Assembly: GCA_013265495.1 (NCBI GenBank)
Contig: MU058781.1
Span: 9,591,009-9,655,008, forward strand
Direction of reading: 5' to 3'
Source of the DNA: Vicugna vicugna
Lineage: Eukaryota
DNA length: 64,000 bases
Shown: positions 1-12,512 of the stretch, piece after piece
How positions within the stretch are numbered: position 1 is the first letter of the stretch
Layout of the letters: each line of letters starts with the position of its first letter
Translations under genes and position numbers: made by a program
The notes under the pieces: generated by a model
Told to the model about the DNA's origin: nothing
The model's database searches: none
The model's input: only the letters and a program-made list of their open reading frames with translations

Positions 1-179
1 TGTCTCATTAAACTCATTGGGCCAAATGTTTTCGAACATCCATGTAACATCATGGCACCCATCTGGACTCACTGGGACTCTATTTGATGTCATTTCTCAG
101 ATACTTCCCCTGACTTAACGCTTGTTAAGATCTATTTGTCCTGCATCTGTAGTTCTTTACTGTCCCAAGTTTTAGTCAA

Positions 180-335
180 AATGTGAGGTCAAAAGACTTG
201 AGGTTAAGTCCCAGCTCTATTTTCTAGCTTTGTTATTTGAAATGAATAATTTAACCAGGATTTCTGTTTCCTCACTTATAAACTAGAAAATAATGTTTTA
301 ACTCCCTCATTGAATAGTTGTGAAGGCAAAGAGTT
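180..335 (+). mobile_element. MIR SINE fragment
   Basis: Degenerate MIR core: gtcccagctct...ctagct...tttctgtttcctcacttataaa...ctcat...gttgtgaagg. Confidence 0.65.
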
Positions 336-469
336 TGTAGTTCAGGTAGAGGTATTTGTAGGTCAAAAAATAATGTACAACACAAATATTTTCATTTAGC
401 AGTTTTAAGGTAAGATAAATACTCTTTCTTTTGTTTCACCCAGGTGATTGTTTAAAAAAACAAAAACAA

Positions 470-960
470 AAACATGGTGAAGCAAAGGGACCAAGGACAA
501 AACCTGATCTCTAGGAAACTTCCATACAATAGTATTGATTGGATGTTCATGGCATTTTGATTCAGATGCTGATTAGTCTAACAAAGTGCCCTGGCGTTGA
601 GCCCATTTTCTTACAGCTTGTCCTTTATGTTGTCATGAGAACCTTTGTCAGATTCCTTCCTCAATTCCAAATGTATCTTATCTGGTGTCTTTTCCTCATC
701 TTCCAGGCTACTCGCCTTGTCAGAGGAGGAAGTGAGGTTTGTCTTGTTCTTGGGCCCACATTGTGTGCCAGGATTGTTGCTTTCTCTTCTGAGGAACGAT
801 TTTCCAAGAACCTTGCTCAGGATCGACAGCTGAGTGCACTGGTGGGGTGCAGTGTTGGGATTCTTTCTTGTCATTTTTCTCTACTGTCACTTTGAAAGTG
901 GGAACTTTACTTTCCTCATCTCCAAGCTTTTGGCACCAATTCTGTTTCTCCATCAGTATT
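470..960 (-). mobile_element. L3/CR1 LINE remnant, reverse transcriptase region
   Basis: ORF 611..874(-) TNLTSSSDKASSLEDEEKTPDKIHLELRKESDKGSHDNIKDKL aligns by eye, without gaps, to the recalled CR1 RT segment TNLISFFDRVTSLVDQGNAVDIVYLDFSKAFDKVSHDILVDK. Upstream LSILSKVL resembles TSIPGKIL and VPTFK resembles VPIFK. Confidence 0.85.
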
Positions 961-1409
961 CACAAGAAGGGAAATTCAAGAGCAATTAACTTTTGGGCCC
1001 AGATTGCATTTACATTGCCTTTCTGATGCCTCATCTCATTTTTGCCAAGGATGTGGTAAACCCTTAGCAGCGGTGCGGTGTGTCTCCTGTTGTAAAATCA
1101 GATTAGTTAAAATCCATGCAGATGGAAGACCTTAGAAATGTATCCTTAAACACTATAAGTGCATTTAAAAATACAGTTTTGCTTTCAATTCCTTTATGAA
1201 AGCAAAGCAAACAACATAAAAAGCCAATAGATCATTAAGGATATTATAATAACAGAATTTTATTTTTGAAAAACCGTATTTGTTTGTAAGTGAAGAAAAT
1301 CTGAGAAGCCTATTAGATTTTTTTTTTTAACTGGGCCCTGTTAATGTAATGTAGACATGGACAGATGATAGAATGATTTGCTCTTAGGGTTTTGTTCTCA
1401 AATAATAAT

Positions 1410-1620
1410 ACTAATAAAATAATATTAAGCAATTAACTGCTGTGTTCTATGCTATATTTCAGACATTTTACATGTATTAGTACTCTGCAAGGAAGGGGGT
1501 TGCAAATCTTGGAGATGAGAAAACTGACTGAGACAATTTGAGTAAAATGTTTAATAAGTGCAAAGCTGAATTGAATTTAGATCATCTGATTGCAAAGCTG
1601 CAGGTTTTTCCATTATACCA
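1410..1620 (-). mobile_element. MIR SINE
   Basis: agatgagaaaactga...ttgaatttagatcatctgattgcaaagc...ttttccattatacca matches antisense MIR. Confidence 0.7.
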
Positions 1621-3559
1621 GAGAGTAACTTTCAATGACATTTTCCATTTGACTTTAAAATTTTTTACTTAATATTGTGATGACCATGCTGAGTGACCTT
1701 TAACTTGGGCCATGTCAGTGGGAATTCCTTTAATAAAGCTGTTTTATAGTAATAAGTTGAGTGATTGTTGAGTTGGACTGCTCTATAAACTTTACGTTAA
1801 AGAAGTTTACCAATGAAAACAGAGCTGCCTTTATCAATTGCTGGTCCTAAGTGGAGATTTTGCTTTATTTATTACAAATCAATTAATGGCTCTTTCCTCT
1901 AACACCCCATCCATCAATGTATAGAAGTTGCCATTGATAAGGATACCTCACCAGAAGAAATCAATTCTCCTTTGTCATTTTGACAGGAATTAGCTATAAA
2001 GGTGGATTAATCCAGAATGCAGTAGGGAAATACCTGCAGGCTAAGGCCAAAACCTAATTTTGTAAAATCAAAATTGTCTTAAGAACATTTCACAATCGAT
2101 GATAACAAAAGGTTTTGCCCCTTGTTGCCATCGTAAACGGATTGATTTGCCTCTCCTATGTAAGAACTGAAAACCATTTTTGTTTTTTCATTTCTTCAAC
2201 CTAGTCCCATTGCCAAATGCTGTAGAAAGGCTCAAGAAAGTGTCTGCTCTGTTTCCCAAGGCTTGGTTTGGAATTTAAAACGTTTTAATAGGGAACTGTA
2301 TAAGAAAATCTAGTGTCATGCCTGAAAAATGTACAGTTGAAGATCTTGATGAGGCTGTTTGCTGGCTCTGATACAAGGTTTCTGTAAGAGTGGTCCGAAA
2401 GAATCTTTGCAGAGGAGAATTTCCATTAACACAGGCTCACCAGAGGAATGTTTGAACCGTCGCACAAACTAACAGCTCTGTGCGCACTGTGGTACTAACA
2501 GCATATTGGCTTGTAGCAGCCCCAGAAGCTGCATCTATGGAGTCTTACTTTGAAAGATGATTGCAACATGTGAGTAGTTATCATGATTCTGGCCAAAATT
2601 TAGGGCATGCTATTTCCATAGTGCTTACGGAAATTCATTTTTAAAGAAGTTTAAGAATTAGACATTAAAAATCCTGTCTACTTAGCTGTGTGATACAAAG
2701 TATTCAGGAAACATTTTTGCTTCTTCTAGTTCATGTTTATCCCCAGGCTGAAAATTTTTAAAACATTTTTAGCCCCTTCCTTTGAGGATATTGCCTTGAG
2801 TTTTGATTTATATAATTTAAATTATGTAGGTCAAGTCCTTGACTAGAAACTCTGCTAAATAAGGTTTGCTTCTGAATCTCAATGTTTAAATAGCTTTGGG
2901 GGAACTGTACCCCTAAATGGTTTTCCCTAAGGTAAGATAGTGAACATTGAGTAGTTTGCTTTTTCATTAAATCTTTTTTTCTCAGTATTTTTAAGTTACC
3001 ATCCTTTTTAGAAATGTAGAAATAGTTTTGTATGGTGGTTTCTCCTATAATATATTCGGAAGTCTTTGGAGAAAAGGTTCACATTTTTACTGTATATAAC
3101 TTTTATGTATAAAGCTTCTTATTGGACAGTCTTTTATTGGAAATTTCTTAATGAAATCTCGAATTCCAGTCCAGCTCACTTTGCCCTAGGATAAATTTTA
3201 AGATTTCTTGGTCTCTTTATTGCTTGTACTTGACTCCTAGAGGTAGGGTAAATGATTAGTATCTGGTTTAGATATTTCATGATGGGCTTTAAAAAATGGT
3301 GTAACTCTAAGATATGGTTATACTATTTTCAGCCTCTTTTAGTCAACGCTTTAGGTAAAAAGAGAATACTTTTGTCACTAAAAATAAATACTTTGTCCAT
3401 TTTCCATAGGTGGCAATCAAACTTTCACCTAATAAATTAAAATTTGTTCTTAGCTTGCTTCTCCTTAAGCAATGTTATGATATTTTGAAGCAACATAGCC
3501 ACAGTGACTACAGCTATGTTAAAGTATGTTACTTTATTTTAATTCCAAGTGGGAGACTA

Positions 3560-3980
3560 TATGCTGAGACATCAAATAGGTCTCTGTAACTTAAAAGGAA
3601 TTGAAATCATAAAGTGTATTCTCTGATAACAGCAAAATTAGAGGTTAATAACAGAAAGCCGTTTAGAAAATTATCTCCATTTGGAAATTATACAACACAC
3701 TTCTAAATAACCCATATGTAAAAAAATTACATATTTTGAAATGGCAATAAAGCAAACTCAACATATCGTAGTCTGTAGGAGATACAGCTGAAGGACCACT
3801 TAAAGGGAAATTTATAGCTTTAAGACTTTGAAAGCCGTTATAATTTTAGCAATTATATTGGAGAATTGCAAAACTAGAGTTAGAAGAGCAGTTGCCCTTG
3901 ATAGGGGGTTTGTGATCTGGGAGGGACCCACAGAGGGGCTGCAAATGTTCAGTTTCTTTACCTTATGTGGAATATGGGTG
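3560..3980 (+). mobile_element. Old L1M fragments (ORF2 segment just after the endonuclease domain, then a 3' UTR piece)
   Basis: aaaaggaattgaaatcata...ctctga...ttggaaattatacaacacacttctaaataaccca...aaagggaaatttatagc encodes degraded KRIEII/SDHN/WKLNNTLLNN/RGKFIA. 3875-3980 resembles an L1ME 3' UTR. Confidence 0.75.
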
Positions 3981-3982
3981 CC

Positions 3983-4379
3983 TGATATGGGTTGAATTGT
4001 GTTCCTCCAAAATGCATGCTGAAGGCCCAACACTTTGTACCTCATTATTTGGAGATAAGGTCTTTAAAGAGGTGATTAGTTAAAATGAGGCCCTTAGATT
4101 GGGCCCTCATCCTATCTGACCAGTGTTTTTTTTAAGAAGAGGAAATTGGGACACACTAGAGATGACAGGGACACAGAGAGACATAAAGCACAGAGACAAC
4201 TGTCAAAGAGGCACCAAGAAGACAATGTCTCCAAGTCAAGGAGAGAAACCTCGGAAGAAACAAACCTTGCTGACACCATGATCTTGGACTTCCAGCCTTC
4301 AGAACTGTGAGAGAATCAAGTTCTCTCATGACTCTCAGTCTGTGGTATTTTGTTACGGCAACCCTAGCTGACTAATACA
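3983..4379 (+). mobile_element. ERVL-MaLR solo LTR (MLT1A/B-like)
   Basis: TG...CA ends (tgatatgggttgaattgtgt...gctgactaataca), internal atcttggacttccagccttcagaactgtgaga, 5-bp TSD GTGCC/GTGTC. Confidence 0.9.
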
Positions 4380-4877
4380 GTGTCCATATTTTAAAAAAAT
4401 TTTTTATGCTGCTTTTTCTCGCTGGCCTGAGGTTAAATACATTTTGGAGTGAGACTGTGAGTGTACTCTTGGGGACAGACTGTTCTGCCTCCAACATGAA
4501 CACTGTTCTCTGCTTTTTTGGGACTGGTCGGCAGCAGCAAGACAGTGAGACAAAGTTCTTGATCCAGGACTGCTTTCCTTTAGGGCCACGTCTGTACTTT
4601 CTCCACTGGAAATCAGGAAAGACAAGGGAGCTTTTGAGCTACTTAGACTCAAGTTTGTGGACAGAGAGGCACACAGGCTGGTGTGCATGTGTGCGTGTGC
4701 ACATGCACATATGTATACTTAACATCAGGCATGTTTAAATTTACATTTGATGTGGGGATAATGTTAGTAGTCACAGTGCTGTTGATGGGGGATCAGAACA
4801 GTGTAGGTGGAGTGTGGTGGTACTAGAGAGCAATGAGAATTAAGCAATTTCTCCAAAAACTTTCCCCCTAAATAAGT

Positions 4878-4943
4878 CTTTTTCCCTCTCCTTCCCCCTC
4901 CCTTTCTCTCTCTCCACCTCCCTTTCTTTTTCTCTCTCTCTCC
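4878..4943. repeat. Polypyrimidine (CT-rich) tract
   Basis: About 65 bp almost entirely C/T on the + strand. Confidence 0.85.
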
Positions 4944-6826
4944 ACATCGTGCGTGGGATTCTATAGTTTTAAAAAGGTAACCTGCGGATTAAAGACGTTA
5001 CTGTCTGTTCTAAGAATTTATTTTCATGTGATGAATATTCTTGGACAGTAAGATGTTCCATGTGAGAAGCTGACTCATACTGCTTTCCCACATGGTAGCT
5101 GGCCTGAGAGTAAGGATGGAGGAGCCTGTCTGGAGGCAGGTCCATCAGTTGCCTCCGCAGTCATCTGTCCAGAGCATGTACCCTCAGGGAATTTGCTTCT
5201 CTACCAAGGCGTTTCAACTTTGTGTTTCTATTTTGATAACAATAATAAACTGATATAAACACATCCTGAATCATCTGAATGGTCATGTTATAACAAGGTT
5301 ATCCCATGAAACTCAGCACCTGTGTTAACATTTGTGCCAGCCTCTGAGTCGTAGTCTTTGTTTCTGGCTAATGACTGATTTCTCAGTGATGAGTTTCTAG
5401 CAAGTTTAGGCTGGATGATAATCCTTTTCTGATGGAGATTAGTGGAAAAAGAGGTGGGAGAATTGAACCATCCTGCTGCCCAGAGCAGTGCAAGTGCTCC
5501 TAGCACAAACCAGCCTTGGCTGGAGCATCAGTGCCATAGTCAGGCTGCAAGTGACAAGTTAGTAGTAGCAGGGCCTCAACGATCACATTCAATTCGTGGT
5601 GTTAAATTGTGTTACTATAGCTCTTTTTGTCTTTTTCTTATAAATGTATTTTAGCTCTATAGTTGTTTAGGCATTCAAGCTTAAGGAGTTTATTTCTAGT
5701 TGTGCTTATATACATATTTTTAAAATCTTATAAAATAGGTCAGTACTGGGAGGTTGAGGAAACCTTAGTAGATTACTCAAGTTTAAGAAATGCTAGCCTG
5801 ATGTGTAGCAGAGAGTCGGGACAGGGTGGGTGCTGTAAGGGGGGATCTTGAGGAAAGTGTGTGAAGGGAGGGGGCGGTTAAGATGAGGGGTGGGCTGCTT
5901 GGGGATGAAGGACATTTGGTAGGTTATTTTGTAGGTGTCCTGGTTGAACACAGGGGAACTGGAAAAGGATTTTAGAAGGTCCCCTAAATCTTGATTGACT
6001 TTGCAATTTAACCTACAACTGGCACTCTTAGTGAGTTATTAAATAGTGGAAGAGCTAGCTCAGAAAAATCTGACATCTCTCTTCTGGATTATTTCAAAAA
6101 CAAATGCATTTCTAAAGCAATTCATTATGAAAATTGAGGTCAGTGACCTCTGTAGAGAAAGGTGAAGTGGTGTCAGACCCTTTCCATTTAGCTACTAGCG
6201 GGTCCCTGGGCCACATGTGGGGTCTTTGGCTGGCACAGGGGAGCACATGGAGTCAGCAGCAGACAGGCAGGTGGGGGGCAAGCAGACAGCCCGAGGGCTG
6301 AACCCCATGCCCCACGTGTTTGATGGAGCCTCATTGCTAATGCTCAATTCCTGTGTTTAAACTGCTTTTGAAATAATACTGTTTTTTTATGTCCTTTGTA
6401 GGTCTTCATTAACTAATCCCTCTGGTGGATTCAAAGATGAGCTAGCTTTACATCAAATTCCTAGAAAGGGAGTTGTGTCCCCAGGTTCTCCTGTGGTTGA
6501 AACACATTTTCAGGAGGGGAGCCTGAGCTAAATGGCCGCATACTCCCTTTTAATTTAATAGAAACATAACCCTAAGTCTAAATAGAAACACACAGGTTTT
6601 TTAAAAAAGTTCCCAACTTATGTTTATTAACATCTTGCTGTTTCTGTCTGAAACATTTCTGCATAGAAAACAATGACAGTGCAAAGTAAAACATGGCGTT
6701 TTATGATTTCTGGGCCTTTTGGCACGTTATAGTGTACTAGAAGAGCAGGTATCCTGCAAAACTCAGGCATTTTTATACTAAACATATGCTAATGAGACCA
6801 AAATAAAATTTCAGAATCTTCGTTTC

Positions 6827-7034
6827 TTTTTTTTAATTGAAATATAGTCAGTTTACAATGTGTCAATTTCTGGTGTACAGCATAATGTTTCAGTCATATA
6901 TATACATATATTTATTTTCATGTTTTCTTCTTTTTCATTATAGGTTACTACAAGATACTGCTTATAGTTCCCTGTGCTATACAGAAGAAACTTCTTTATT
7001 ATTTTATATCTAGTAGTTAGTATCTGCAAATCTC
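6827..7034 (-). mobile_element. Young 5'-truncated L1 3' end (camelid-like)
   Basis: poly(T) then attgaaatatagtcagtttacaatgtgtcaatttctggtgtacagc...ttccctgtgctatacag. Candidate TSD aatctt(cg/at)tttctt. Confidence 0.85.
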
Positions 7035-7175
7035 AATCTTATTTTCTTAAGTAATAGAATCACCACTAGATTACATTAGAGAGGATGTAAAATTGTTTAA
7101 GCTTCTATATATGTATAAATATTAACATTTCATTATGTGTCATGAGAAATTTACATGTTTTATATATTCCATTTC

Positions 7176-7492
7176 CAGGCATACTTCATTTTATTGTGCT
7201 TTGCTTTATTGCACTTTGCAGATGTTGCATTTTTTTCCCAAGTAGGTTTGTAGCAACCCTGCATTGTCAGGTGATGGTTAGCATTTTTTAGTACTGAATT
7301 ATTTTTAAGTTATGGTATATATGTCTTTTTTAGACATAATGCTATTGCACACTCATTAGAGTACAGTGTAGTGTAAACATAACTTTTATTTGCACTAGGA
7401 AATCAAAAAATTTGTGGGATTGACTTCGCTGTGATAATCGCTTTATTTTAGTGGTCTGAAACTGACCCTGCAGTATCTCCAAGGTATGCTTG
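7176..7492 (+). mobile_element. Tigger1-derived non-autonomous DNA transposon (TcMar-Tigger)
   Basis: TIRs caggcatact...aggtatgcttg. Tigger1 end sequence: ttttattgtgctttgc, tagacataatgctattgcacac, gtgtaaacataactttta. Confidence 0.9.
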
Positions 7493-8709
7493 TGCAGTGA
7501 CAAACTCAATATATGTTGTGTAGAAAACTATTTTTGTTTTGTGTATTTATCATGTTTCGCCCCGTTGTGGAGAGAAATACTTTGACTGGAAATCAAATCT
7601 TTCCACCTTCAGAGGAGTAGGAGACCATGTTCTCATGGAGAGCGTGGACCTCATTCAGCAAGTGGGTTTGAAGCTGGATTTAGTTGGCAGCTTATGCTCT
7701 CTGTCACTTAAACTTTACATCAACATCAAACACCAAAAAGCAATCCTTCTGAAAGGAAAGAGCAGGGTGGGAGGGGCAAAGGGAGAAATGAGACTGGATT
7801 TTTAGAAACTAACAGTGCTGAAAATATTTATGTGAAATTAACTACAACAAAATTGTTACCTAATGAAAATTTAAAAGATAACTTAGAAGACCTGAAAGAA
7901 GTATGAGACCTGGAAAAAAAACCCAAACAAACAAAAAACCAAAAAAAAACAAAGCAAAAAATGATGTCGAGTGTGAGGTATAGGAAAAGATTGAAGAGAT
8001 ACAGATAAGAAAGAAAGAACAAAAAGCAAATACCTGAAATGTTACCAAGTAGGTTTGAGTTTCAGATCTTTCCTTAAATGACACCTATTAAGACTTTGTT
8101 AAATTAATTTATTATCATTTTGTAAACATGTATTTGATAATGAAAGATTTCTGAGTGTGTTATTTTGGATTGTTTAGCAATAAAATGAAAACGTGTGCTC
8201 CTCCTTTTTCCATACAAGATTCATGAATGTGTTCAGTGAAATGAAAAAACCAGTAAGATGTAGGTTTTTCTTTTGTGAGTTTTTCCTTTGATCAAGGAAA
8301 CAAGAAAACAGTATCTTTCATGTTTGAAGTGATTCTATAGGGTGCTAAAACCATGTGCGGGTAAAAACAAGGTTACATATATGTAAATGAAGGACAGTAT
8401 AACACAAACATACAACTTCCACAGATAAGGCAATATCAGAATTGTAATTTAGATTGCTTAATGGATTGCCCAGTGATGATGATTATTTGCTTCAAGTTGT
8501 ATGTTATCTCCCCTGTAGGAGGTAGGGAGGATTTAGGGACTGTAAATATTTGTGACTCCCACAGCAAGCCTTTTCTTTTCCTCTTACATGTAGTAATCCA
8601 CTCAACAGCAGTAGCATTAAAGGGAGCAGAGTGGAGGTTTTTGTGCTCATCTTGTAACTGCAGTACCAGCCTTCAGGATAAGTCCTTTAGCTAGATTACA
8701 GGGATGTAA

Positions 8710-8940
8710 TAATGGTAACATGTATTGCGTGCTTTCTTTGTACTCAGCAATGTTGTAGGAGTGTCATGGGTGTTATCACATTGAAATGTCACAACAGCAC
8801 AATGGAGTAGATACTATTTTACATCTGTTTGTCAGATGAGAAAACTGAGTGAAGCTCAGAGAAGAAATAGATACTGCCAGATGCTTAGTAAGAAATGGAG
8901 CCAGGATTTGAACCTAGACCATTTGCTCCAGGTCTTTTAA
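8710..8940 (-). mobile_element. MIR SINE
   Basis: cagatgagaaaactgag...ggagccaggatttgaacctag. Confidence 0.85.
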
Positions 8941-9166
8941 TTTGTGCCCTTGATTGCTTCCCAAGGGCAAGTTTGCATGCTCTGTAATCTCTGCCACAGA
9001 ACAGTAATTCTAGTTCTGGAATTACATGAAAAACTGCTTTTGTAGTGTTTTCTCAGTCATTCTGTATTTAATGGCATATTTATGTTTTTCACCTAGTTAA
9101 GAAAACCTCTTAGGCTGGCCATTTTCCTATCTTGAGCGGTTTTTCAGGTGGTCAGTGTGTACTGTA

Positions 9167-9418
9167 CAGCTGACCTTGAAACAACACACGTTTGAACTGT
9201 GTGGGTGGGTTCACTTATATGTGGATTTTTTTCAATAGTTAGTACTACAGGATTCTACAGGAGCCTACAGGATTACAGTTGGTTGAATCCATGGATGTGG
9301 AACTACAGATACAGAGAAACTGTATATAGACATGTAGGGCCAACTGAGTTACACTTTTTTTTTTTTTTGACTGTGTGGAGGTTGGCGCCCCAATCCTCCT
9401 ATTTTCAAGGGTCAACTG
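9167..9418 (+). mobile_element. Tigger2-family MITE (MER8-like)
   Basis: TIRs cagctgaccttgaa...ttcaagggtcaactg, preceded by TA. Internal tttgaactg...tcacttatatgtggatttttt and gttggttgaatccatggatgtggaac. Confidence 0.88.
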
Positions 9419-10023
9419 TGTTCTCACCAGGTTATCATACAGTTACTTTGAAGTCCAGAATTCTTTGTAAATATTCTGCCCCTTCAGACTTCTGTTACTT
9501 TTCTTGGTTTGACTTGCCAAAATCAGATACTGCTAGGTATGAATTTACTTCCTCCATAGAGATGAGTATACCCTGTAGTCTGGTGTTTAGATGGGCTAGT
9601 ATCATCTGAGGTTCCCTGAGAGAGAGAAAGCTACATAGATATTCTGGAGAGGAAATAAAATAAGACTTTTGTATGCACCACATAAATATATTAGAAGTCA
9701 CAAATTTAGACGTACAACGTAGAGAGTAAGGAATGGACTTCATGGTCACCAGAGATAACAGAAATCCCAGTGCTGCTCATTTTCTTAAAGGCCTGAGTAT
9801 GTTCTGTGTTCATTAAGTTATTGTTACAGAATTCCTTTGAGATGTCGGTTTGCAGACCTAGGTTGTGTCCTTTTGGTAATTTCTAAAACAGGCCAAAAGA
9901 TTTTTCAGAGATTAAAAATATGCCCAATTAAGTGTTTGGAGTCTTCCTAGTGTCAGTCTGTTACTTAGTGCTGAAAGCCATGCTTGGCATTTCAGTACCA
10001 TTTGAGTGGCTACTGGCAGGGGT

Positions 10024-10400
10024 TTTCAGTTCATCAGCATTTGTGTATAGTGTCTGCTCTGGTGGAGCAAAATACTCTATTAGATATAGTAGAAACCAAG
10101 AGCTTAGAGCCTCTTTTCGGCCAATCCTTGGATAGTTGGGGGACCAGACATCTGTGCAGCAAATATGGAACCCTTAATCCAGGTAGTAAGTAGGTGAGTC
10201 CTGACAAAGTGCTGTTTTTACTTGGAGGTGGCCTCTTCAGGGGGAGGTAGGACAACATTATGTGGAAGAGACATGGGAGGTGGGACTTTATCTCCAGTGT
10301 CAAAGGATTAAATTGAATAAAATGATGGTAGAATTTCTAGCACAGGGAATGGTCTGATTAAAACAGTGGAGCAAATCTCTATTGGGGACAGGGAGAGGTG
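10024..10400 (-). mobile_element. L2 LINE 3' fragment
   Basis: ttcagttcatcagcatttgt start and ggaggtgggacttt...tctagcacagggaa resemble antisense L2. Highly diverged. Confidence 0.5.
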
Positions 10401-10556
10401 ATGGACTGGACCAGAGGAGAAGCTTTCTTTCTATTGGCGAAACTGAGATGTGAGATCAGCATTGATCATCAGAGTTGTCAGTGTAGCTTACTGATTATGA
10501 TGAAGGGTAATTTGGGGTCAATTTCTGAAGTCTTAGTGCTGAGCTCAGGCGTTGAG

Positions 10557-10790
10557 AGCAACATTTTCCAAACTGTACTTTATGCAGCCCTGATACCCTA
10601 TATTTTTGAAAATGCATTCCCTGATCAAATAAGAGTAGGCAACACTTCACAAAGTTTCTCAGTGTATTGAATTTACTAACGTATGCTATACCTTCCCAAG
10701 AAGGAAGACTCAGAGCATGCCATGGGTCTCACACTTTAAGCACAGAATCTTAGTTTCTTGGAACACCCCTGGGCAGCTACCTTGGATGCT
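10557..10790. mobile_element. Old hAT-Charlie-type MITE remnant
   Basis: TIR-like caacattttccaaactgt and internal tgatcaaataagagtaggcaacact. Confidence 0.45.
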
Positions 10791-12280
10791 AGTTTTATGC
10801 TCTTAAGGAAAAACTAGCTCAGACTGTTCTGTGTAGGATGAAGCCTTAAGAACCATCTCTGAAGAGGGCAGTAATAAAGTATGATTTAAAGTTTTATTCT
10901 GCTTATGCCTGCCTACAGTTTTTTATTCTCAGGGGCATAAATACATCTAAGCTAAGATTTAAGAAGTCAAAAGAATTCCTAAAATTTCATGGAATCCCCA
11001 AGTCTTTTATATAAACTAATTTCTCGGCATTTAAAAAATTTAGTTACTGAAGTGTTATTAATTTGAATGCTGAACTTCTGGCTTCTGTGGGTCTCATTAC
11101 AGACGCTGGGGTTAAAAGAGTTTTTCTTTGTGGATCCTATTTCTCAGTTGAGATGAGCATTACGTTGGGCATTGGGTACTGTTAGAGGTGTGTGGTTAGG
11201 GAGAGTGAATCATGAGCACCCACGTTTCCTGTAACATTGTCCACACCCTGGTGGTGTTGGAGGAAGGCTTCATTAGGACCTCAGGTCATGGATGAGGACC
11301 TGGTGGGCCTGGGGCTGTCCCTGCTTTCCCTGGCAGCTGTCAGTAAAGCTTTTAATGACATTTCTAGCACTCTGCTTCTAAAACTGTTGTGATGATCTGG
11401 CCTTGTATAACCATATGATTTATCTAATACTTTATGTTCTGTGTTGTCAACCCTGGATTATCACAGGATCACAGAAGATTGAATCGAAAAATTACTTCCT
11501 CCTCTACCCATATCTGAAGTAGAGTCCCATAAGAAATTGCATTTCATCGAGACATCGTTGGTGGCTTTTTTCTCTGCCTTTCATTAGGACCCTTTTCTTC
11601 TCTTAAGTTTTGAAATAAGGTAGCAAATAAATGTCTTAAAGAAAAATATCCCGATGAGAACGTTTGAGCCAGAGAAATGGAAGGAGAATCAAAATACAAT
11701 TAGCTTGATTGTTGGTTACAAAGGCCTTCAATTAAAATCTATTCTTCAGGAATACAGGTTAAAAATCAATTTTAAATGAAAGTTGTCATGCCTACCAAGG
11801 ATCATGTGTGAGATGCTTATGTAATTGTTTTAAACTCAGATTTAGACTGCAGTTAGGGAAAATGAGAAAATTAGGAGAGTGAAGTGCATAATGAAGTCAT
11901 CTCAAGAGAAATAACTGCATTTAGTCCAAAGTCTACTTTAAAAAGTGGACGAATGTCTGTGGGAGAATTGCTTTTTTCAGGAGTGGATGGTTCCAACTTG
12001 TCCTTTAGTGAGGCTCACTCTATTTTTTTTTCCTTGCCACCCTTAATGGTCAGCAGTTTCACTACATCCAAATGGAATCTTTAAAATTTTATTTAAAGTA
12101 TCCTCAGAAAGTGTGTGTTGCTATTTTCATTTGGTTTGTTTGCACTGGTACTCTTGGAGGTTTTTGCGATAATCAGAAAACACTTATGTCATAGACTGTG
12201 TTTACTGTCTTTAAACAATGGTTTACTTTTTTTAAAAATAGGAGTTGAGGTGTTGGCTCATGTATTTGAGAAAAAGAATA

Positions 12281-12512
12281 GACAGTGTGGGTATTCAGTG
12301 TGAGACACTGGAATCTCGCTGAGATTGAAATCCTGGCTCTACTACATTTAAGGATGTGACTTTGGTCAACTTAGCCTCTCTGTGCTTTGGTTTCTCCTTG
12401 TATAAAATGGGGTTGGTGATAGCAGTACCTACTTCACACGGTCTTTGTGGATATTGAAGGGCTTAGAGCAATACCAGATACATAACAAGTGTTAAATAAA
12501 TATTGGCTATTA
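12281..12512 (+). mobile_element. MIR SINE, near full length
   Basis: tcctggctctact...tgtgactttgg...cctctctgtgctttggtttctccttgtataaaatgggg...gtacctacttca...aataaatattggctatt. Confidence 0.9.

Noticed and set aside
539..895. 118-aa + strand ORF
   Set aside because: Antisense frame of the CR1/L3 fossil, with no recognisable protein or splice context.
9199..9609. 136-aa ORF
   Set aside because: Starts inside a Tigger2 MITE and crosses a poly(T) run.
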